Assembly: GCA_958009085.1 (NCBI GenBank)
Contig: OY253682.1
Coordinates: 682,001-746,000, forward strand
Direction: 5' to 3'
Source of the DNA: Protoeuglena noctilucae
Lineage: Eukaryota
DNA length: 64,000 bases
Below the pieces are notes generated by a model. The model worked only from the letters and a program-made list of their open reading frames with translations. It was not told the origin of the DNA and did no database searches. Below, piece by piece: positions 1 through 9,300 of this stretch. Position 1 is the stretch's first letter. Every line of letters begins with the position of its first letter. The position numbers were made by a program, and so were the translations under genes.

Positions 1-1351
1 CTTGAGAACGTCCGCGTCCTGGTGAGGGCCCGGCTGGCTCTCGGGACGTTGGCTGGGGGTGCCGCGGGGGCTGACGTGGGGGCTGACGTGGGCCCACGCG
101 CTGTGCTCGCAGGTGCTGGACGAGGCCGACCGCATGGTGGAGCGGGGCTTCCTGCAGCAGGTCAGCAAGGTCAAGAACCACATCCGCCCGGGGCACCAGA
201 CGCTCATGTTCAGCGCCACTATCCCGGAGGACCTCGGGAATGTGCGGATGCTGCGGGACGGGCACGCGGTGGTGGACGTGGTCGGGAAGGCGATGGGCGC
301 TCAGACCAACGCCCAGGTCGAGCAGAAGGCGCTTCTGGTGAGAGCGCAGAGGCTCAGCGGCGGGTGGGGGCATCGCAGCAAGCGCGTCTGCGCTCACAGG
401 GAGGGTCCCCCCATGTCACATGGGGGGACCCTCGCCGTCAACTGCAGGCGCCTGTGGAGCACCACGTCGATGTCCTGGTGGACGTGATCGAGTCCGTGGT
501 GGCTGACCACCGGGCCAAGCAGGCGTCGAAGTCGGGGGCCGGCTCGGCGCTCGAGTTCGGATGCGGGGTGGGCGACATCCCCCTGAGCGCAGCCATGCGT
601 GCGGCGCTGGACGCCTGGGAGATCGTGGACGCCAGCGGCTTCCGCGTGATGATCTTCGCGCCGTGCAACCACTACGTCGACTACATCGCCGCGGTCCTTT
701 CCGCCGCGCTGCCCTACGAGGTCCTCGCCATCCACGGGAACCTCACGCAGGGCAAGCGCACGCGGGTGAGGGCGGCGGCCCTGGCTGCCGCGCGGCTGCC
801 TCTCAGCGACTTGTGGTGGCATTACAGCGAGCCCGCCCCGCCGCTCTCACCGCTCGCAGGCGTATGACGCCTTTCTCACGCGGGGCGACACGATCCTCGT
901 GACGAGCGACGCGAGCGCTCGCGGGCTCGACTTCCCGGACGTGTCGGCGGTGGTGCAGCTGGGCTTCAACGCGCGGGCCGAGTACATCCACCGAGTGGGC
1001 CGCACTGGGCGCGCGGGCAAGGGCGGCCTGGGCGTGGTGATCCTGGACAACGAGGTGGAGGCGTCGGTGCTGTCGCCCTCCAGCCCCGACAGCATCGCGG
1101 CCCAGGTCCCCCGGGACCGCGTGGAGGCGTGGCGTCCCCGGCCGGGGGCGGCGCCCGTGCCCCGGGCCGTGTCGCCCTCGGAGGGCAAGCACGTCCTCCG
1201 CGCGTGGGTCGGGGCGTACGCCGGGCGGTGGAAGGCTCTGCGGTGGGACCCCTACAAGGTTGCCAGCATGTGCGAGCGCTTTGCCCGGGGCCTGGGCCTT
1301 GGCGACGACCCCAGCCGCGCAGCCAAGATCCGCGAGAAGTTGCACATCTGA
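1..1351 (+). CDS. DEAD-box RNA helicase, 3' part (5' end outside window); introns 22-112, 338-447, 766-859
   Basis: Spliced frame gives motif II VLDEADRM, motif III FSAT, motif V ARGLDFPDV and motif VI YIHRVGRTGRAG; GT-AG introns; TGA at 1349-1351. Confidence 0.92.
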
Positions 1352-1379
1352 GCACGTTCGAGGGGGCGGGGAGCTGGAC

Positions 1380-1435
1380 GATGATGCGCAGTTCAGTAGC
1401 TGAGGGTGCCGAGGTCCATCAGGATCCTCGCCGCA
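1380..1435 (-). mobile_element. Short 5'-truncated 3'-end fragment of retroposon subfamily B with ATC tail
   Basis: Near-identical to the 3' end of element B (~1473-1528, tgcggcgaggatcctgatggacctc...catcatc on minus strand). Confidence 0.75.
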
Positions 1436-2129
1436 TGGGCGAGGGGTCCCCAGGCCCACACGGGGGCGAGATGATGATGTGCAGTTCAATAGCTGAGGGT
1501 GCTGAGGTCCATCAGGATCCTCGCCGCACGAGCTAGGCCCGCGCGACATGAGCGCCTTCCCCCGGGGCTGCCGCACCCCGGGGGTTCCATTATCGCAATG
1601 CATATGGCACTTGGCCCGCCCCCGCTAGGTCCCCCCACCCGAAGGCTATGGGGCCGCCGCCCCGGGCTCCAGCGCCCCTAGCCCCTTCGCCGAACCGCCG
1701 CCCCTGCCGGGACGAGCAACCGCAGGATGCCACGCGAGCGGGCCCCTGGGTACAAATACAACAACGAAGCAACGAAGCAGAGACAAGCCCCCATGCCGCG
1801 GCGCAGAGCACTTTCGCCCCATGCTAACAACGGACCCCACCCTGGTCCCACCGGCGCGGTCCCCGCGTCCCGCCGGTCGCTCTGCGTCCCCGTCACGAAA
1901 GCCTGCCGTCCCTCTGCACGCACACAGCGCGCAGCGCCCCGAAAGCCCCCCTAGACTCGGGGGCGCGGCTTGTCCCGACCAGCAGAACTCGAGCGCGTCG
2001 TGCTGCCGCCTGGCGCCTGCCAGGGGATATGCGACCGCATCAGCCGTCGCGAATGCACGCAAAGCACCCAACCGCACCCCCTCGCCGACTCGCCAGCCTC
2101 CGCCTTGGCCAAACCACCGCCGAACCACC

Positions 2130-2225
2130 GCACTGCGCGCCACCGCGCCATTTTTTGTGAACCGGCTCTTCATCACCGGCCATAAAGGCGCGGTGTCCAG
2201 AGGGCGCCACGAGGAGGCGGCCGGC
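2130..2225 (-). ncRNA. HDV-like ribozyme core (P3-L3-P1-P1.1-P4); 5' part displaced to 3237-3275
   Basis: Minus strand GCC-UCCUCGU-GGC-GCCCUCU-GG-A-CACCGCGCC...GGCGCGGUG-GC matches the HDV genomic layout GCC-UCCUCGCU-GGC-N7-GG; J4/2 is non-canonical. Confidence 0.6.
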
Positions 2226-2226
2226 G

Positions 2227-3236
2227 ATGATGATGAGCGATTCAACAGTCGAGGGGTGCTATGACTCTCAGAGCCACGCCTTGCGGCAGAAGTGCCGTCC
2301 CCCGGGGTAGCTGACACCCCGGGGTTTCCATCGTTGCAGTGCATATGGCACGTGGCCCGCCCCCGCTAGGTCGCCCCACCCTAAGGCAAAGGGGTCGCCC
2401 ACCCCGGGTTCTTGCACCCCTAGCCCCCTCGCTGCGCCCGAAGGCAGAATCGCCGTCCCAGAGTGGGACGATGCAGCCGCGGGGGCCCTCCGTGGAGACC
2501 CCCGGGCGTCTATTACAAAAGGTGAGGCCGAGGCTAATGACGATCTGTGTAGCTTATGTGCGGCCAATCATGACATCCCCCGCTCCCTACCCTCCTCCCC
2601 TCCTCCTCAGGCGGCCCGGCTGCTCGCCCACCCAGCGACGCTGGCCCGGACGCGAGGGCGGTGGGGGCGGTCCGAACGCAGACGGCGTTCATCGGGGGGC
2701 CCAGCGTTGCCCCTGGGCGCCCCGCTCGCCCACGCTGCGCCCCTGAGGGCCGGCTGCCTCTCATGTGGACCGCCCCAGACCGCCCCGCTCCGGGTGCGTG
2801 CGCCGGCACGACCCACTCGGCCGTGTGCCCAGAGACCCACGACGCGACCCCGCTCCTCGCTCCCGCACGTCGACCTTGGCCCTTGGCCCGTCCTCTCCCG
2901 CGCCCGTCGGCCCTGGCCCGTCCCTCAACTCCTCGCCCCCACACGCCCAGATGACCTTGGCCTGTCACGCTGGCGACCTAGGCCCATCACGCTGACGACC
3001 TAGGCCCATCACGCTGACGACCTTGGCCCATCACGCTGACGACCTTGGCCTATCACGCTGACGACCTTCAACCGACGCTGTGGCGACCCTGGCGCTTTAA
3101 CGCTGACGACCTTGGCCCACCTCCCGCTCACGCGCACCCGCGCGCCCTTATAACCGTGGCCTGCCTCGCGCCCCCGTCGCCCCCCCAAACACCCGACACC
3201 CCTGTGTCGCCCAGCCCATGCCCACCCACACCATTC
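2227..3236 (-). mobile_element. 5'-truncated LINE copy A' (~1.0 kb, 3' UTR only) with 11-bp TSD
   Basis: Near-identical to 3305-4355; flanked by GGCGGCCGGCG at 2216-2226 and 3237-3247; ATC tail. Confidence 0.9.
2950..3121. repeat. 22-bp minisatellite (acgctgacgaccttggcccatc), ~8 degenerate units, in copy A'
   Basis: Direct tandem units visible in the sequence, no spacers. Confidence 0.9.
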
Positions 3237-4027
3237 GGCGGCCGGCGGATCGCGCCATCGCGCATCCGAGTCCCTGATGATGATGATGATGATGATGATG
3301 AGTGATGATGAGCGATTCAACAGTCGAGGGGTGCTATGACTCTCAGAGCCACGCCTTGCGGCAGAAGTGCCGTCCCCCGGGGCAGCTGACACCCCGGGGT
3401 TTCCATCGTTGCAGTGCATATGGCACGTGGCCCGCCCCCGCTAGGTCGCCCCACCCTAAGGCAAAGGGGTCGCCCACCCCGGGTTCTTGCACCCCTAGCC
3501 CCCTCGCTGCGCCCGAAGGCAGAATCGCCGTCCCAGAGTGGGACGATGCAGCCGCGGGGGCCCTCCGTGGAGACCCCCGGGCGTCTATTACAAAAGGTGA
3601 GGCCGAGGCTAATGACGATCTGTGTAGCTTATGTGCGGCCAATCATGACATCCCCCGCTCCCTACCCTCTTCCCATCCTCCTCAGGCGGCCCGGCTGGCT
3701 CGCCCACCCGGCCACGCTGGCCCGGACGCGAGGGCGGTGGGGGCGGTCCGAACGCAGACGGCGTTCGTTGGGGGGCGCAGCGTTGCCCCTGGGCGCCCCG
3801 CTCGCCCACGCTGCGCCCCCGAGGGCCGGCTGCCTCTCATGTGGACCGCCCCAGACCGCCCCGCTCCGGGTGCGTGCGCCGGCACGACCCACTCGGCCGT
3901 GTGCCCAGAGACCCACGACGCGACCCCGCTCCTCGCTCCCGCACGTCGACCTTGGCCCTTGGCCCGTCCTCTCCCGCGCCCGTCGGCCTTGGCCCGTCCC
4001 TCAACTCCTCGCCCCCACACGCCCAGA

Positions 4028-4198
4028 TGACCTTGGCCCGTCACGCTGACGACCTTGGACTAATGCGCTGACGACCTTGGCCCATCGCGCTGACTACCTT
4101 GGCCCATCGCGCTGACGACCTTGGCATATCACGCTGACGACCTTTAACCGACGCTGTGGCGACCCTGGCCCTTTGACGCTGACGACCTTGGCCCACCT
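4028..4198. repeat. 22-bp minisatellite, ~8 units, in the LINE 3' UTR
   Basis: Same unit as 2950-3121. Confidence 0.9.
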
Positions 4199-6332
4199 CT
4201 CGCTCCGCGCACCCGCGCGCCCTGATACCCGTGGCCGCCCCCCCGCTTACGCGCCCCCGCGCACCCAGAAGACCTTGGCCTGCCTCGCGCCCCCGTCGCC
4301 CCCCAGACACCCGACACCCCTGTGTCGCCCAGCCCATGCCCACCCACAACACTCGTTGCCCCTTGTGTTACTCTCGCCGCCGCCGCTCGCTGTTGCCGCG
4401 CTGCCATCGCGCCCGCCCCCAGAAGCCCGCTACCCTGCTGTGTGCCGTGCGAGGGGTCGCCCCCGCCAACGCCACCATGCCGGGCGCCAGCACCCCACGC
4501 CGTCCGTTGCTCTCCTGCAGGGCCTCCTCAGCAGACTCCCGAAGACAGGCCCTCCGGCCCCGCTTGCGCTCCCACTATCCCCGCCTCGTTGCAGCCACGC
4601 CGCTCTCTGATCCTGTGGCGCCTGGTCCGTTCTGCGCCACTGCCGGGTGTTCCCACGACATCCCCGGCGTTCCACCCCACGGGCGCCACGTCTCTCGCCA
4701 CTGTCTGAGCCCATCAACCCGTTGCTGCCAGCTCTGCCCCGACGTTTGTCCCCCGTCGCACCCTTTGCCAGCCCCCCCCAGCGGGGCTGGTCTCGCACGT
4801 TGGCTGGAGCACAGGCGACGCGCTGGCGACCCCCACGCGGACCCACCCGACCAGCGCCAGAGCCCCTGAAGGGCCACGGGCGGGGAGGCCACGCGGCACG
4901 CGCAGTACCGTGGGTGTGTGGGGCGCGCCGCGACGGCGACGGAGCAGTCGCCCCACGGGTGAGCGCTGGCGGCTGTGGGACACCAAGGGCCTGCGAGGCA
5001 TGGCTGCAGAGGGCTAGGGGTGAGGCAAGGGTACGTGTGCTCGTCCGTCCAGGTCTGCGGTCAGGGAGAGGTGACGGTGTGCGTGACGGAGGATGAGTGC
5101 TGGTGTGGGTCCTGATCTGCGGCTGGCAAAGAGGGTTAGGGTGGTCGTGGGAGGATGCGAGGAGGTCTGTGCGTGATTGGGGGAGGTCAGGAGGTGCAGA
5201 TGCTGTGCTGGATCAGTGTGTGGTGCTTGGTGCATGGGGAGTGATGCGCTGAGGGAGGCGTGTGCTCACCTGGGCATTAGCTGTGAGGAGAGGGTGCTGA
5301 GCCTTACCTGTGCAGCTAGGGGGGGGGTGCGTGGGGCAGGAGGGCTTGCGAAAAGGGCGAGGCTGGTTGGGCGTGTGAGGTGAGGTGTGTGGGGGGGCGT
5401 GGTGCGTGAGAGAGGTGTGGCGTTGGGCTGGCAGGGGGAGGGGTGGGAGATGATGTGTGCTGAGCAGGAAGGTGGTTTATGTGGGGGTCCATGTGGAAGA
5501 GGAGAGGGGGTTGAGAGGTGAACGTGTGTATGTCAGTGGTGATGCACGGTGAGTGGGCAAGAGTGGTGCTGAGCGGCGAGATCGTGAGATGAGTGACGAG
5601 GGTGCGTGCAGAGAGTTAGAGGGCGTGTGTGGTCTGGTTGGAAGAGGCATCTACCTGTTAGCTGCGGGCATGGACGGGGCGGCGTGTCATGCGGGTGAGT
5701 GCTGCTGGGGCAGGGTGCGTGTGCAGTGTGATGTGGGGGGTGGAAAGTGTGCGTCATAGGAAGGCAGTGGGCTGGCTTAGGGACCTGGTGGGAGCAATGC
5801 AGTCGGGTGGATGTGGGAGTAATGCGGATTGGGGTGGGGTGGCATGGCCGGCTGCGGGGAAGGTGTAGAGCAGGCGTGTGGGTAAAGCTGTCGAGTGTGC
5901 GTCCGAGAACCTGCGAGGCATGCGAGAGATGGAGCGTGGGTGCGCAGAAGCCCTTGGTGTCCCGAGCGCCGGCACCCTCCCCGTGAGGCGCCCGCCCTTG
6001 CCGCCACAGCGCGCCCCACGCCCCTGCGGCTGCGCGCGCATCGCGTGGACCCCCCGCCCGCGGCCCCTCTCAGGCTCCGCCTCCGGCCAGGCAGCCCAGG
6101 GGGTCGCCGGTGGCGCCGCCGTGCGGTACTCCAGCCCATATCATCCTGGGTGCAGGGGAGCTTGTTTTAGCCGGCAGACGGACTCTTCCGTAGATGCTCA
6201 GTGTGGCCGTGGGCGCCCCAGTTGGCCGGGGCGCCGACGCCGGAACGAGCAGCCCGAAGGCCACCCGTCCGGCGCCGGCGCCCCGGCCCGAATGTCGTGG
6301 GGTGATGGCGTGCTGCGAATGAAGAGGCCCCC

Positions 6333-9300
6333 TCAGGGGAGTAGCGGCTCGACGGCTGCCCATGTGGGCGCAGTGTAGGTGAAGGTGGACCTCGCCGGGT
6401 CCCTTGGGTGTAAGAGGGCGTCGTCAGGGTGCGTGCAGCGCGCGAGGGCCCGCCCGCCCCGGTACGCCGCCAGAGCGACGAGCTCCTCGGCCATGATGCG
6501 CGTCATCTGCGCGAACAGCTGTGCCGGGGACGCGTCCGCCCCCGCGTCCTTCGTCAGCTGCTGCCGCCTGCGCCAGATGACCTGCACGGTCGCCCCCGCC
6601 ACGACCGCCCACGTGAGCGGCCCCAACCGCGCGCCCTCCGGCACGCGCAGCAGAAAGAGGGCCGACGGGCGGAGGGGCGCCCCCTGCGCCCCCCCCGCCC
6701 ACGCCACGATGCCCCTCGCCACGCGCCACACCTCCCGCGCGCGCGAGCACTCCCAGAACGCGTGGGCCGCGCTGTCCTTTCCCATGCACGCCTCCCCCTC
6801 CTCCGTCAGCAGCGGGCACTCGTCCCGCTCCGCCCAGTAAATCCTGTCCTGCGTAGCCCACCCGTCCGCCAGCGTCAGCCACAGCCGCTCGTGCAGGGCG
6901 TCCGACAGCGGCAGTCCGTTGAGCGCCACCAGCGTGCGCCTCAATCCCTCTCCCGTTAAGCCGTGTCCCTCCCCTAGCGCCGCCGCCCAGCCCTCCGCCT
7001 TGCGCTCCAGCCGCTGCCGGATCGCCGCCCTGTCACACGTCGTCCTCGCCGCCTCCCGCACCGTGTAGGAGGCCAGGTCCAGCGCCGCCTTGGAGGCGAC
7101 GCCGGGGTCCAGTGCCCAGCCCGGCGCCGTGGCCGTCATGGGCCGGTAGAAGTCGTTGGCCTCCCCGCCGCCCGGGGAGGCAAGTCGCAGGCGCTCCATG
7201 AAGCCCTCCGTGAGCGCCAGCCCGTCCCACGGGTCCCATTGCCCCTCCACGTCTGGCCGGGCATACTCGTTGCCCGGCCCAAGGAGGCCCAAGTCCAGCA
7301 TAAAAGCCCCAACCACCCAGCCGAGGCCCCTCCGATCCACCCCCGGCAGCCGATCATAGCCCAGCGCGAACGCCCAGGAGACCCACGTGTCCCATCGCCG
7401 CGCCGGGTCCCGCATGCAGAGATAATGCCCCACAGTTCCGAAACCCCGTTACGCCATCGCCCTCCCCACCGGGTGCAGGAGGAGGGGCCGGCCGCCCCCC
7501 GCCGGCCACCCAGCACCCCCCTCGTCGATCCCATCATCCGTATTGTCGTCGCCCGGCGCGCCGTCGTGCACCCACGCCCCACCAGCCCTCCCATGGACGC
7601 CCGTCGCGAAGCTGTGGAGCGATGAGGCCGAATCGTCTTGGTCCTGTCCCATGTCGTTGTGGAGGGGCCAGCCGCCCCCTCCATCGCCGGCGCCCCCAGG
7701 GCTGCCACCCCCGCGCCCGGGCCGCCCCCGCCGGCGGTACAGAGGACCCCCGGGGTGAGAAGCGACGCGCAGAGTAGATCCCCCTTTGTAGTCCCAGTGA
7801 CGGGGGTGAAGAAGTCCGTAGAAGAGGCGAAACGCGAGCCGTCCGTGCCCGCCAGGCCCCCGCCGCCCACGCGCGCCCCCCGCCAGCCATGCCCGTCCAT
7901 GGCCACGTTGGACAGGCGGTCCGCCAGGGCGTTCTGCTCCCGTGGCACGTGCTCCCAAGTGATGTCGAGGCCCGCCGCGAGCCTCTGCGCCTCGGTCCAC
8001 AACGGCACCAGCGCCGGGTGCCGCAGCGCCGAGCAGTCCCGCGGATCCATGGCGCGGATGACGAGGAGGGAATCCCCCCGGACGCGGAGCTTGGTGGCGC
8101 CGAGCTCGACTGTCGCGCGTAGCCCTCCCAAAAGCGCGGCGAACTCGGCCTGGTTGTTGGAGGCCCCGCGCACGGCGGGGCCCGCGAGCTCCAGCGTCTC
8201 CACCCCCTCGCCTTCCCCGGCCGCCAGCACCGCCCCCGCGCCAGCCGTGGACGTGTCGGAACCGTTGCCCCGCGAGCCCCCGTCGAAGTTGAGCGTCAGC
8301 CGGCCCTCCGCCGCCAGGTTGGTCCAGCGCTGCTGGGCGACCTCGTCCGTCGTGGGTGCCAGAGGTGGCGGCGCGTGCACGGGCCCGAGGGTCACGCGCA
8401 GGGACCCGAGGCCCTTGATGGCGTCGCAGAAGCTCTCGAGGGCCGGTAGCTTGCCCCGCAGGCGGCGGGACTCGATCAACTGCGCCACGTGGCAACCGTC
8501 CGTCTCGGGCAGTGAGAAGGGCAGCAGGCCCAGCCGGCCTGCCCCGAGCCCCTCCAGGCACGCCGTGAGGATGCCAGCGAGACCGCCCAACTGGCCGTGA
8601 GCGCCCACGCGCTTCGTGATGAGGGCGCGCGCCAGGTGCCGGAGCCGCCGCGCCGCCGTGTGCGCGTCCAGCGGGAGGGCGCCCAGCCCCCCCTCCTCCG
8701 GCGGGGCGGTCAGCATGATGCGGCCCACACGGAACCACACCTGCCCCGCCGATCGTGCGTTGAGGACATAGCGCTCCTGGACCCTCCGCAGGTCAGCGAC
8801 GCACGAGTGGTCGGCGGCGGGGGACATCTCCAGGTGGTACCCCGCGAGCGAGGTGATGTAGGCGTTGGCGACGCGCGCCCGACCCCGGATCGGCAGCCCC
8901 AGCGATGACGCCGCGTCCGCGCGGCGCAGGGCCTCCCCCAGCCACCCGGGCCACACCAGCGCCGCCTGCTCTCTCGTCTGCGCCCCCAGCAGCCGCACGC
9001 CCCCCGGCTCCACCCCCCACGGGCAGCCCTGCGCGGCGGCCTTGGCCTCCTGCCGCTTGTTGATGCGTCCCAGTCGGTAGAGCTTCGTCTTGGTCTGGCT
9101 CGCCTTCAGCCCGGACACACGGTGGAAGTCCCGCAGCACCTCGGCCAGCTCCCGCCACGGGTCGAGTTGGTTCCTGTCGCGCCCCACGAGCCGTTGGAGC
9201 AGCACGTTGAAGTCGTCGGCGAAGGCCAGCAGCGTCTCGGCCCTGCCGCCCGTCGTCCGGATGCCGAGCACGCGGTCGCACCGCGGGCCGCCCGGCAGCT

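Larger units (their letters stand above)
1470..3275 (-). mobile_element. Non-autonomous internally deleted retroposon 'B' (~0.8 kb = 3275-3237 + 2215-1470), interrupted by insertion A'
   Basis: 5' part (1915-2120) homologous to the LINE leader (11908-12116); 3' part (1470-1700) homologous to the LINE 3' end (3305-3520); (ATC)3 tail; no ORF. Confidence 0.75.

Noticed and set aside
1380..1505. ATGATGA...CTGA as C/D-box snoRNAs
   Set aside because: Spacing is too short and the motif is explained by the antisense (ATC)n tail.
3273..3310. CTGATGA as a hammerhead ribozyme core (also 12118)
   Set aside because: No matching GAAA or three-stem arrangement; it is the tail/target junction.
2950..4198. 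22-bp repeat arrays as CRISPR
   Set aside because: Units are directly adjacent with no unique spacers, there are no cas genes, and the context is a eukaryotic retroposon UTR.
5125..5790. Telomere-like TTAGGG words
   Set aside because: Isolated hits in G-rich sequence, not tandem.
7449..7451. TAA read as Gln (ulvophyte-type genetic code)
   Set aside because: TAG terminates conserved C-termini here (PRCC KYGW*, TBCB DEI*), and I saw no in-frame TAR in the host exons I traced.
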